Positions 35,093 through 48,394 of a DNA stretch of 64,000 bases are shown here, piece by piece; positions within the stretch are counted from its first letter, which is position 1, and every line of letters starts with the position of its first letter. This DNA is from Psilocybe cubensis (Eukaryota). A program made the translations under genes and the position numbers. Where the stretch lies: NCBI GenBank assembly GCA_017499595.2, contig CM039000.1:3534001-3598000 (forward strand), given 5' to 3'. The notes beneath the pieces are model-generated. The model was not told the DNA's origin, did not search any database, and worked only from the letters and a program-made list of their open reading frames with translations.

Positions 35093-36580
35093 TTATACCT
35101 TTACTGCTTCTGAGAGTGGCCTAAAGTCGATGCCAGGCACAACCAACGGGTACTCCTGATTATCTACCTGTACGTTCAACGCAAAAATTGGCGACTTCGA
35201 TAAACGAGGGAAGTAAGCTGATATAAGGCGAGTGTTTTCTTCAACAAATGAGTGCAATGTATGTCCGGACGGTAATCCTTCGTCGAATTTGACCAGAAAT
35301 CTGAACGTGAAATTGATTTGCTCCAGTGATGTGTACGCAGAAGCCAGATGTACGTCAACTTCTTCCCAGCATTCTTTTGTGGGTTTAAGGCGAGAAAATG
35401 AGAAGCCTTTTTCATCATGACGATTATCGTTCATAAACATCCCAAGGAAATGAATGTCGGTCTCGACCACAATGATTTTAGTCGACCCGATATTACGAGA
35501 GACTCCCTGATTTGATTGAAAGAAAGAATGCAGGTTCGAATACCCAAAGCGTGAGACGGCATGAAATGTAAGCCTTTGAATAACTTTGAGCTGGCGAAGA
35601 TTTGGTAGAAGCTCGAGCTGAATTTTACTGCGGTCCCGATCCAAGAGGGTCAGATTGGTCAGTGATTCGAACGTCTGAGCCTGATAGTGATCCAAAGGAA
35701 GGAAGTATTCCACCAGGTTCGAAACCTCCAACCCTGCATCGTTTTGCGGGTATACCGCTACTGGGCTGTATATGGTAGGATCAGGCAAGTGCCGAAACCT
35801 ACGCGTAGAAATAAGAGTCATGGAAACAGGCTGAAAAGTTTTTACATTCTCGGCCTCTACAACGCGGCCAGGGTTTTCATCCTCAAGTGTGATTTCACGA
35901 AGATGGATGTTCTCGATACATGTGGAGCCTAAAGTCCTTGAGAATAAGCCCACTTGAGAAAGATGTAGCGTCTTCAGCCGAGGTGAGTGGCACAGATCAA
36001 AAAATGCCTTTGAGAAGTTGGGGTTCAACCTTTCAGACAAGTAGATAGGAGGAATGACGACAGTGCCCATACGAGTCCTAGTGTTTACCTGGAGTCGAAG
36101 CATGACTATTCCGTGGTCACGTCCATGAAACGCCTTTAGTATATCGGCCAGGAGAGGAAAAGAGTCGAGGAGTGGTATGTTCTCTCTGCGATTGAATTTC
36201 AACGTGATTGACACGCATTGAAGATAGTACACCAGCCCAAGGCCGGGAAAGTTTATACCGCATAAAAGTGTTTCGATTAACCGCTCCAACATTTTGTCCA
36301 TTGCCTCAGAGCGCTTTGGTTCGTGCTCTCGGACGAGGGTAAGTTGGAGTGTCGAAAAAATATGACGATAAGCTCGCATACAAAGCCCTCTGGAAGCCTG
36401 AGACATTGATAGGAGTGCTCTGCGAGAGGAGTTTTGATCTGTATCACTGGCCAAATGGTCCACAACGACGTCGATGATTTCAGCTGGCAATGTCAACGCG
36501 TTGTGACCCTGTTGAGATTTGTCCGAAAAGAGGGGTATTGGTAGAGTGTCCTCGGCGTTACGATGGTTACATATTGTCAT
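35093..36580 (-). CDS. F-box-like protein, intronless
   Basis: Long ORF with LTLPAEIIDVVVDHLASD..ALLSMSQASRGLCMRAYRHIFSTLQL followed by L..L.L repeats. The first ATG is at 36580. Confidence 0.8.
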   Translation of the reverse strand: MTICNHRNAEDTLPIPLFSDKSQQGHNALTLPAEIIDVVVDHLASDTDQNSSRRALLSMSQASRGLCMRAYRHIFSTLQLTLVREHEPKRSEAMDKMLERLIETLLCGINFPGLGLVYYLQCVSITLKFNRRENIPLLDSFPLLADILKAFHGRDHGIVMLRLQVNTRTRMGTVVIPPIYLSERLNPNFSKAFFDLCHSPRLKTLHLSQVGLFSRTLGSTCIENIHLREITLEDENPGRVVEAENVKTFQPVSMTLISTRRFRHLPDPTIYSPVAVYPQNDAGLEVSNLVEYFLPLDHYQAQTFESLTNLTLLDRDRSKIQLELLPNLRQLKVIQRLTFHAVSRFGYSNLHSFFQSNQGVSRNIGSTKIIVVETDIHFLGMFMNDNRHDEKGFSFSRLKPTKECWEEVDVHLASAYTSLEQINFTFRFLVKFDEGLPSGHTLHSFVEENTRLISAYFPRLSKSPIFALNVQVDNQEYPLVVPGIDFRPLSEAVKV

Positions 36581-39500
36581 GTTCTCCAATTTAATATTGG
36601 TGTGTGGGTATTGACGATAAGCCAGTAGAGGTATGTTGTAGTCTGCCAATCTTCAATGAGTGTAGAAAGCAAGAAACAGAATAAAGCACATTTTGAATTC
36701 AAGCCGACCACAGCCGACAAAGTGTCTCACAGTCCACGTGACGTGATTATTCATGGGAGTTGGCGTGTTCTCGAGTTTTGCTCGCGAAGTTCGTTGCAAG
36801 TTCGTTGTCAACTCTGAAGGGTGTGTCCTGAGTTACTAATCCTTAATGCTTCTAACCAATTCAAAGGTAACAGTATAGTATATTTCAATTCAGTAACCCG
36901 AATGTGGCTTTAGGTTGGAATTTTTTTTTTAAGTCGAACTACGAACTTTTTTGATTTGATTTCAGAGGAATTGCTAATTGAAGACCTGTTTATGTTGGTT
37001 CGACCGCGTTAAAATTCCTTGTTAAGATAAACATGCTGATAGACTGGCTTTACTGAACATTTTGCACTGGTTCGTTTTCAAAGCTGTCTCGAGAACTGAC
37101 AAAAACATCATGACTGTTATATTTATTCCATTTGATCCCTAGGATTCAAACGTTTCTGTGAAGTTTCTGTTCGAGAACAGCCTAAATTCTCAATTGACAT
37201 GGGCTTAAAGCAAACGAGGTTGAAAGGCGAGACACCCTCGGCCGTGATGTTGTTTAATTCTCCCACGATACTACTGGTGGGAGTTGCCAGCTAATGGTCA
37301 TGTTATAAAGTTGAATCCGATTGGACAGTTCTGCCTGAGGCCTGGATTGATGGTCTTTGATGTAGACCGTTGATTCGACGACTCTAATCTAGCCTTCTAG
37401 GCAATTATACGTCGATTTAGCAAGGTCAAACGGACATTCGAGAGCTCCATGACATATCTAATCTAGTACATGCGTTCTGGGTACTCCAATTCTGGCCAAG
37501 CTCTGGCCTGTCCAACATATTACAGCCAATCTCAACGGTGCAACTTCCACTGAATATATTTGAGGCTTTGTTGGAAGGGGGTTCCACAGGATTGAAAGCT
37601 TTGCAACCGTGATTCTAATCCAATCTTACTTGTTCAGGTTGGAAGCTAATTTGCGTCTGTAGAGTAGTATCCTACCCATGGTTCGACGCGAATTAGATTT
37701 ACGTCTTGCTTGGTTCATCTCTCAGGCATTAATCCAAAGAGGTATGTTGGCTCTCCTTCTCTCCCTTGCGACGAATGCTCCCTGAATCGGTAATGCGAAG
37801 TTAAGAATTATGCTTTTGCACGGGCCTGAGGCCTATATCATCTGATTCCCCGCAGTGACACAGTCCCAGGGACTGAATTGCGCAGCGCGCTCCAGTTTCT
37901 TGTAAAGAGAGATAGGTGTTCATGAAGTGGTAAATTTAGCTCACCGTGTTCATTAATATGCTCAGCCACTAATATACCCGCTACCATGCCCGGCGCAGGG
38001 CTGCGGTTGAAATGGCTCTGCTCGGGCTCTATCCGCCAGGCCCTCGAGCCGGCACTACACTTGGACACACTGGACGTGGATCACCTGAACCACCGACCCG
38101 GAAGTGTTCTATTGTTAAAATGGTCTGAAGAGAAGTTCAGTTTGGGTCGATTCTTTATTCAAGCTTCCTGAAAAGGGATTGCGATAAGATCGATGTGTCG
38201 TTGGATTCTGTGATGGATAGATTATTATGCGCCTATTGATGAGCAGTAAATTGAAAGGATGTGCTCATCGGCTTGGCCTACGTCGTGAATTATGAGTGTA
38301 CCCCGCTACTTCCATTAATAACACATAGGGGCACATGTATAAGGCGTAAAGTGGCGAATTGCCTTTGGAGTATAAAAAGTGGACCATCGCACCACATCGC
38401 TATATATCCTATACTTTGGACGGTACGCGTATTAACTCAAAATATTCTTTATCAATTCCTGAAGCTCTTAACTGACCCTAATAAATTTTGAACAAATGAA
38501 TTTCAATTGTCAGTGTGGAGAATTTTATCGCACATAATGTCAAAACTGATGAAAGAAAACTCGTTGAAGTATCATTCAAGCTTTCAATGCCGTCCAATGC
38601 CCCAGAAAGCTCGATAGAGCATGGCATTCACCATTTATCGATCGCCAACTTCTTAGGCTTCTTACCTTCAATGATTACCTTCAGCTTTAGTGGCGATGAA
38701 ATGATAGAAGCTGTAAAATATACGCGCCATTGTACTTTCTCTTTGCAATACAAGGTTAGTCTGTCTCACTCTGTGGCAAAAGACAACTTTAATTCAAGTT
38801 CGGATTTACGCGATAAAGTGCTTACTTCAATATGAACTCGGAGTCCATCTCAATAAATTCCGTTAGCTTGAATACGTTTACGAACCTCCTCTGGACTGCA
38901 AATCATCTTAGCCACGATCAATTAGTAATACCTTTTCAAGTATAATCTAATCGGTTTCTGGTATCGTATCATTGGAGTAACATTCTGTTTCTACGAAGAG
39001 AAACGAATCCGGAGTATTTTCGAGAGGATGATTTTTAAAAGCAGATAAAAAGGCTTCAAGAAAGTAGTACACGGAAAAGATCATTCGGAAGTGACTCGGA
39101 TGGTTCCATACCTGAGCGAAGGCAATGTGACTGTACAGGAGCTTGGATGTTGGATCATGAGCAATGGCAACTATCAGCACGTACAAGTTCCATGAGCAAC
39201 GTAGAGCATCATGGTCCAATTGCCCTCGCGGTATCGCCGGGGATTGTGCGTCAACTACGTGGGGATTTAGGCGATTAACCCCTGCTTTCGAGGTAATGAC
39301 CATCCTCCCAAGTGGTAACTGACTCTCTCGCTGTATTATCGGAGCTTATGGATAAGGATCACTTACCTCAAGTATGTGCTGGCTTTCCACAGTACAGTTC
39401 ATGAGATATCGGTCTCTATCATTCAAAGATTGCTGAGGATTTCATGGGAACATTCGTCTCCGTATGTGGTGAACATGAACCTCGACATCCCAAAGAACTG

Positions 39501-42500
39501 CGAGCTGGACAAATGTTAAACCAAACTGACAAACTAGCTGTAATAAAGTGACATAAATTAGGTTTATAACCAAACTTTAACAAGGATACTCAATATCTTG
39601 AGTTTCAAAAAATCGAAGCGATGTTGAACCGACTTTGAAATTTACCTGTTGTTCGTTCGAAGTGTATGCCTATATCTTATAGTAGGGCTCGATGGGTGAG
39701 TTATATTTGAAGAATATTTTGAGATGTTCTATTTTTGAAATCCTCGTCTGTACTGTCAATTTCCCCGGAATCAAGTCAGTATTCATACCCGATTCATACT
39801 ATCATAGCATGAACATTCAAAATGTCGGGCTAAGCTTGGTGAAGCCAATGCCCAGTGTGGTGAGGAAAGCGCACTTAGCACAGTACCTCAAATTAGCATC
39901 CCGATCATGACGCGCAGATCGGGTACTCGAAGGCTGAAAATACTATGGTGGTTGATAATTAGCAGCCCCTAATATGATAAAGACAGTCAATAATAAACAA
40001 TCAGTGAAAGTGCTACCATTGAGAGATGTGAAATGAAGCACCTGATACAACGCGGGTGTATCTTCTGGGTCATCCATGAGTTGCCAGCCAAGCATGACGG
40101 AATGAACGCGAGTACACACTGAAGATCCTTCCATCCTCGCTTTCTGTGTCCTGCTAAAGAAACCGCACCACAAGCTCGCTGAGACCTGAACGATGTGATC
40201 ATGATTGCCAACATGGGAAGAAATACAATCTTACCGAAGCGGCATACCACTTTCGACAACACGGATGGAACAAAGATTCGGATACAACGGAAGATATTCC
40301 TCTTGCCTTTGTCTTGCTCAGGCGTTATCAAGTCATTGGGTGAGTTGGAGCTCGGTACATGGACCGACTTCCAATGAGGTAGATCCGGAAGCAGACGGAA
40401 TGTCATTCCCTATCTATCCCGAGATGCTATTGATAACAGAAAGATAAGATTATGGACAGGATCCCAACTTCAATTCAGTTCATTCGACAGACGAACCAGC
40501 ACACTTGAGCTATCTGATTTATAATTGCGCTACTACACGGAAAGGCGCCTTTCATGAGTCTGTGGACAGCATGATTACAGTATGACTGTGGTTCAATGGA
40601 TATGGTCGCCTTAGAAATTTCCAAAGAACACGACAAGTCTTCCAGTTAGTTTGCACTATCTTGATGACATTGGATCGATTAATTCTGACTCGTTCTAGTA
40701 TGCTGAGATTTCTAGAAGCCACATTTTCATACTGTCTTCTGTATGTTCTCAAGTCATGCCCACAACGATTTCGACTTGAACAGCTACCGGAAGCGCCAAT
40801 GAGTCATAAAGACTTCAGATGATTGTCCGGGACTGATGGGATTCTTTACATTGCTTTCTACAAGTTAGCGCTCAATCGGGATTTCACCAAGGCGCATTCG
40901 ACAAGGATCGGACTGTGGTCGGGCTTCTACTACTGCTCCAACCGCTGGCTAGTAAGCAGTACTACTTCAAGTGGTTTGCTTATCAATTGATCTTCCACAT
41001 TCACACATTCGTAATGCAGACGGGACCTCAACGGATAATGAACCGGCTTCAATCCTCTTTGGGCTGATTTTCGCAGGTATGTGTGATCTCAAAGGCACGC
41101 ATCAGTCAGCGGTCACCTGCAGTCAACCAAGTTGCTTTGACATTCTGTTGAAAGGTATGCGCGGAATCCAAGCGTGAATTGAGTCGTTCATCACAGCGAC
41201 AAGCTCGGAGCGGAGGGCTTTCACTGCCGTGCCGCTTCATCCACGCATCGTCGACGCTTCTCCACACACTCCAAGTCAAGACATTTCCTTCTACGTCCCA
41301 TGCCTGCTGCTTCTTTCTCCAGCCTGTACCCGGAAATAGCTCAACATACATTGCGTCAGTTAATACTTCATTTAAAGCTTCAAAAACAATACCGGTGGTG
41401 AACCTTTTCCTCAACAAACATATGGAAAGCTTCCATTTACCTACTGTGGATTATTGTTAATCCCACGACCGTCGAAGTGATTGTCAAATCAAGGTGTGTT
41501 CGAATAACTGCGGCAAGTAGAATCGCTGCCAAGCGACTCGTGTTTGCACTGCCCTAACCCTTCCTAGAATAGAGAGAGAGCGGCAGGCGGGCTTAGAGGT
41601 CAGATCAATCCTCCATCTAGTCTTAACGGTTGTCCGACCACAAGATAACGGTCAACGTGTTCCACCTCGCCAAGCGACCGCATTTTGACGAACTATCATG
41701 TATACTTGACGTGCATTCTTCAATAAGGCAGTGACAGGTAGGAAATCCATTGTTTTCGGATACTCGACGCATGCTTGATACTGTTAGACAATCATGAGAA
41801 TGGTTTTTCTAGATGATTGTCTTGATCATGTCGGATACCGCGGTAGCTCAAGGTTCTCTTGATATAATCCGGCTGAACGCGTTTAAAGGTACGAGCAAAC
41901 TCGTCTGGATCTGATAAGCAACATTTGATATAGGTCACAACGCGCCAGGTAAAAAGTTGTATTGCGTTAACCGTCTCCGAGCGCTTACACCTCTCCAGCG
42001 GTCGCCATAGGTAGCTATATCTTTAGATCGCGTTTCAAGCGGATGTCACTCTACCGCGTCATCAGCCTGTGTACACCGACGGAGTCCATGAGTAAGCGCA
42101 GGTGAATAATCTTCCAGGTTGCTTTATTTAACTCACTGATACCATTCCGTCCTCTATGTTGTCATATGTTCAACGAATGTAAAAACGGCCAGGAAGGCAA
42201 CGATGTGATGGCGTTAGAGTACTCTTGCCGCAAGTTACGACTTGCGACGGCGTCCCTGGGACTTTACGGGTATTGCGATATTATCATCCCCCGTATATTT
42301 TCGCACTCGGCAAGGCGTTCAACGGGCACGCGTATTTTTTACATCGCAAAGAGAACGGAGCCAGATAATGGGAAGTCGCGCATGCTGGCAGCGAAAATTG
42401 CACTGAAGACGAAGTACTTCTTGGATTCCAGGGCTTGAAATCCCATTACCAGTTCTACTAATGCAGCTGGAGGCGAAGTTCGAACGGAAACCTAGGGAAA

Positions 42501-44899
42501 GTCCGACCAGATAGCACTGGAAGGCAGTGGGAGAAGCAGAAGGCACTGTATTCTGCAATTCGTTTCCCTACAGCCTGTTGGAAACGAATTCATCTACCGC
42601 AGGAACCCAATTGCACATATACTGGTTTCTTGGGATGGCGAGCGTAGGAGGAACACGACGCTACATGGGTTTTCGACGTTAGCAACCATCATAGTTCCAA
42701 GAAGGGACTGCTATTCGAGAGCATCGTGCTCTGAATATTCAGCGTACCTTCAGGGACTCTATAGAACTGCAACGTGAGAGGGCAATGCACTCTATTGGTA
42801 TCCAACTCACCAATCCATCGTGTTTTCATCATGAACTCAAGGACTTTGTGCTGGGCAGTGCCGTAACTCGAGTTATAAGAATAACATCGTAAGAGTCTGC
42901 AACAGAGGAAGTAGCGGTGCACCGTTGCACTGAACGACGATTCTGCCGCGCCGGCTAAAGCGAAGAAAGAAGTGCTCTAACCCCCCTCGGGGCACGTCGC
43001 TGGAAGAGATGATCATCGCAGGCGTCTAAAAATAGTAACATTACCCATCATCTGATCTTCTGGTGAGGCAATATGTACCCTGAGGACGCTAAAGATAGAT
43101 AGATAATGCTGGTTGGAAATGCAAAGTCGCCCCCTTCATAGAGGCGATAGTAAAATATGCTCTACTGCGCTGTAATTCCAGTGTCGAGATTAGGAGAGGA
43201 GCAGGATATGTCCGACATGATGGCATGATACTTTGGTTCCCGTTTACCTTCAGGCATCCCGGGCTGGCTCGATTTCAGCGTTCGAGTGCCTAGGATTCAA
43301 ATTCGAAGGCGCGGAATGGCGTGAAATCCTCTGGGTGAATAGTGTACCCTCGGAAGGCTCTCATAGAACGCGTTTTTGAGAAATGAAAAGCTATGAAATC
43401 TGCTCGTTGCTCCCTGATACTTATGAAAAGGGAACTTGGGAAGGGTCTCTGGAAAGCAAATCAGTGAGCTGATACCACAGTGGGTAACGTTATCGCTCAG
43501 TGGCCTGGTTAATCACCGACGAGCTTGCCCTTCAGAGATGCTAATCCTGACTAATATAATGTCGTCCCGGCTAAGCAATTTTTCTTGATTAAAAGCGGGT
43601 ACCTGTCCCACAACTTTACCCTATCAGATTGGCAAATGAACTTGTGTACGACGGGGCTTAATTGATTGTTTGTGGAAATAAATATTCTCAAGTAGTGTGA
43701 ATAAGTAGAATTTAAAGCGATTTCTCCTCGACATCTGAGAAGCTGGAAAATACACCGATTGGTTCATGAATAACTTGGAGGTGGAGGGACATAACACGGC
43801 GCGCCGGGTCTCTACAGCAGATATCTCTACAAAGTCACTAACGGTACACCGGGAGCTCTACTCCCATCGTTATTACCGGGTACATCTCTATTATTCAGGG
43901 AAGACAAATCTTTCTTTCTTCCCACTGTCATATAACCCACAATCTCTTAATCCTGACGGATGGCCCAACAACCACACCACGACGCGGTGGGATGACGCGA
44001 GATCATCGTCAGGCATCTATGACAGTATCTACAATCTTCTCAATCGCATCTTCACATCTGATAGCACCCATGAGTATGGTGTAAAGCCCCTGCAGCGTTG
44101 CCTGATAAAAAAGGAACTCACAAACGCTACATATACGAGGGAGTGCATGGATTTATCGCGATACACGCTATCTTTCGACGACGATAATAGCCTCAGTAAT
44201 CAGTAGAACCGTGACGGAGAAAAGGCGCAAGAAACAAAATTAAAACGTGGATTATAATTAAATTTTTGCGTGCGGGAGTGCCGCCACTGGAGGATATACT
44301 TATAGAGAGACATTGGCATTCCCCTCGTGTTCTGATTATTTTTGCTCTCCATTGACAATGAACGAGTTTTGCACAGCGTTATCGTAATCGGCGCAGGGTC
44401 TGAGCATAAGCGTGAGCTTGAGATATCGGGCCGATGAGATTGTGTGAGTTAAAAAGGAACGTAGGATGGTACTCACATAACAATAAATAAATAAACCCTG
44501 AGGGAGCGTGTTATGCAGCGTGCTATCCGACCGATATCATGGAGGTTGCGGCCTGCGTTCGACGCGCACACTGGCATTCACTCGGACTCGTACTCATACT
44601 CAGTACTCAGCCACCAAGCTCAAGCACTGTCGCATATATGCAACTTGAAGAACGCTACTTTGGAGATACCGCTACGCCTTTCTCCGTATCTCCTTCGTAG
44701 TGTAATGGTAATATCTGAATTTTAAACGGACTCGGCACCAGTCAGTCAATTATGATATTCACTTTGGACTAACTTACACCACATACATACGTATCAACCT
44801 ATGTCAAAATCACCTACTCGAACACTTCGGATCCCAGAATACCTCTGACACGATATATCGCATCGCCCTCTATCAGCCGTTCCATGTCGACGCCACCAT

Positions 44900-47800
44900 C
44901 AACAGAAGCAGAAGCAGAAGCAGAAGGAGAAGCATTGTCATTGAGGTCTTTGAATAGCCCGAGTGACAAAGCGCAAACTCAAACACAAACCACCTCTGAG
45001 CCTACTATCATTGTATCAAAGCACGTCAAGAAATAGCTCGAACCTACTTGACCCCAGCCAATCGCAATCGCAATCGCGTCCGAGCACTCAGCATTCAGCA
45101 CATTGAATGGAATGGAGTGCAGAAGCTCATTCAGAGAAAAGGACGACACGACGACAACGCAGCGTCCGCGAGGCGTCTCGCCGGTATCATCCTGACTCGT
45201 AATGTGTCTCTCGAATTGATCTAAACTCGCGTGGTGTGGAAGCTGTCAGAGACCGAGAGCACTCCTACTACACAGGCTGCACTTCCAGTGTTCGATGAGA
45301 TGGATTAAGATAATACCATGTCCTGGATGTATACTAATACTACTAATACTACTAATACTAATACTAATACTGACTCTGAGAAGAACCACGCACACGTTTT
45401 TTCGCGTGCTATAGCTATATTTTTTATAAACTTGAAGTCGAAGCATTAAGTATTATTATTAAGCGTCAAGCTAGTGCAAAGACCATGATAATCATGGTAA
45501 GAGCAACCCCTTGGTAATCTGACTCGGGGACGCGCGACACCCTCCCTCCCTCCCTCTATCCATGCATCGAAAAGAACTCCAAGAACTCGAATTCAGAATC
45601 GAACAACGAACTTGACACCAACAACAACGACGACGACACGCGGCTTCTTAGACGGCTCAAGCCGGTATATGTCGAAGCACAAAAGTTGATTTGCAAGTAT
45701 CAATTGTGTTTTTAGTTTTTATGTATTCAAAGGAGACTTGCGATATTGACTGAGTTGCTTTGCTAGTGCTCTGTCCAACTCGCCCATATAGAGGAGTTTG
45801 TCCCTCGATTCAAATTCAATTAACTTAATTAACAAATGGCTCAAGGGTCCTCGCACAGCGATTCAATCTAAATCTTCAATCGAACCCTGAATGAGATGAT
45901 AAGAAACGACGCAACCCACAACATACGACATCCAACATACAACATACTCATGATTAAAGCAGTCAAAAAGAGAGAGAGAGAAAGATAAGGTAGGCTTTAG
46001 ATCCATCCGAGTCCGAGCGTGCTATCAGATCATCACCCATCACCCATCACTATCCGGAACGGAAGACAATGAGACAATGATACGTAACGGACCTACGGAA
46101 GGACGTAACAAAGGAAGGGCCGGGAGGACGTAAGAAAGGACTTAAGGATGCAAGGAAAGGAAACGAAGAGAAAAGAAGACGAGATTATCTACTATCTACT
46201 ATCTACTATCTAATATCTGTCATCGCTGTCACTATTTCAGTACCCAGCACATAAGTTAAGTTATCTAACATCTAGATCACAGATCGCGAGGACCGACACG
46301 TTCACGTTCACGTTCATGGACATGGAGCCTGGGAGAATACAGAATAGAGAATACAAAATGAAATAAAATAAACCCAAGCAAGCAAGCGAGCGGCGGATCG
46401 TCGTATCGATTTTGATTTTATCTGCTTATATTTTATTCTATTCTATTTTATTTTATTTATGTACTGCAAGGTTCCCTCTCGCTTACACTTACACACGCGC
46501 GTATAATACGCGTTGTTCTATAAATAACCATCACAAAGCGCGTCGTCGCGTCGCGGTTGACCACCCGCTCTGTACAGTCAATCACACGCGACGTAATCTA
46601 TATACTTGCAGCCTAGTCACCGCTTGCCTCAAATAATGATACTACACGGCTACGTATGATTCTGATTCTGATCCCCACAACACATTTCGTTCGATGCCAG
46701 CCAGCTAAATTGAAAATATTGAAAATTCAACGCGGTCGCGGTCGCGCTCTATCTCTATATATAGCCTCTGATCTATTTATACCACCAACTTTGAACCGTG
46801 AATGTAAATATGCAAGTCGTAAGATCATGGTACTTCTATAAAATCAAAATACCTCATCGTTATCAAAGTTCACAAATCCCTACCGATACCGATACCGATA
46901 CCGACACCGATACCGATACTGATCCACCGACTTCCAAATCCTTGATCAGTTCGCCATCGCATTGTTAGGTTAACGTTCACGTTCAATTTTCGACTCACTC
47001 ACTCACTCGTTCGATAGGTCGGTAGATAGGTAGGTCGATAGATAGGTAGGCCGATAGGTCGGATATTCACCGACACCGACACCGACTCCAGCTTACCAAT
47101 TTCCCTTCAAAGCCTAAGTATCGACATCGAACTATCGAACTATCGAACTATCGAACTATCGAACGACTTTCAAATTTCGAATTTCGAATTTGATTACACC
47201 TCTTAATTCTTTATTCTCAATTGTCCATTCACACCTCATTCTCATTCTCATTCACACAAAATTCCCGTTAAAATGGTCATAAAGTCATTCATTCAAAATC
47301 CGTACTACGTTTCGTGAAACTGTACTACGTGCAAGCGTGGATGGAGTGCGTGGCATAAAGATACATGTGATGTGATATGATGCGGATGCGGATGGTTGGT
47401 TGGTGTCACTGTCATGAATGGATTGGATAGGTGAAAGAAGGAAGTATGGGGGGAGGGGATCGCGGTGTTCGTTTTGTGTTCATTTTCGTTTTGTGTTCGT
47501 GATGGTGGTGGTGGGTGATGGGTGGTGATAACAATGTATAATGAGGATGCGTGATGCGTGATGATGAATGGTCCAAAGAAAAAAAACCAAAGCAGAGCAA
47601 AGAAGAAAGGTCATGACAAATATAAGAAGAAAAACTGTTGCACATTGAATGAATATTGAATATTGAACGTTGAACGTTGAAGATGGAAAAAGGAAAAAGG
47701 AAACGTGATGCGTTAAAAACAGTGTTCATTGATATCGAGAAATCAAAACCGAGAAACTGCGCAACTGCGCAAGTGAAACCGAGAGTTTTGAGAAAATCGA

Positions 47801-48390
47801 GAAACCGAGACTTTTGAGAAAATGACAAAATGACAAAATGAGAAACCGAGAAAATGAGAAAATGCATGGGATGAGCGAACATGAATCAAATCAAATCAAC
47901 CAAATCAATCAAAATAACACAAACGCACAAACGTAGTGCTAAAAAAGACATAAAAAAACGCGAGAAGATGGAACTGGAGGGGAAACGGGAAGTGAACATG
48001 ACGTTGTGATTGATGATGATAAAAACACAAGACACAAGTATGACGCCTCTGGGTCATACACATAGGTCACAGTCGTGGGGTCGTGGAAATCGGAATACAT
48101 GGATATGGATGGGCATGAGTGCGTCGCTGATGTCGCTGAAAAGAAGAAGATGATGATGTTACTGATGATGATGTGGGGAATGACAAATGATGACGCCTTG
48201 AAGCCCAAAGAGGAAGAAAGGATGCCTCGATAGGATAGGACACGATAGGAGGAGGATGAATGATATCATCGCACGACATAAAAAAGACATGTGGGGTGGG
48301 GGAGCATGACCATCGTTCAGATCATGTGAGACAAAGACACGATTCACGATTCACGCGTCACGAAACACACACCACACGCACGCACGCGCG
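44900..48390. repeat. Microsatellite / low-complexity-dense region downstream of the orphan gene
   Basis: Many short arrays, e.g. (AGAAGC)n ~44902, (TACTAA)n ~45330, (ATCTACT)n ~46187, (CCGATA)n ~46883, (ATCGAACT)n ~47126 and (AAATC)n ~47885. Confidence 0.85.
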
Positions 48391-48394
48391 CGTC

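Noticed and set aside
36700-44500. Scattered 60-146 aa ORFs, including a TATA plus intron-like arrangement near 38371-38760
   Set aside because: No recognisable domain or complete gene model; at most decayed gene fragments.
45870-45895. TTCGA-containing segments resembling tRNA T-loops (also near 37000, 57720 and 62007)
   Set aside because: No T-stem pairing or cloverleaf.
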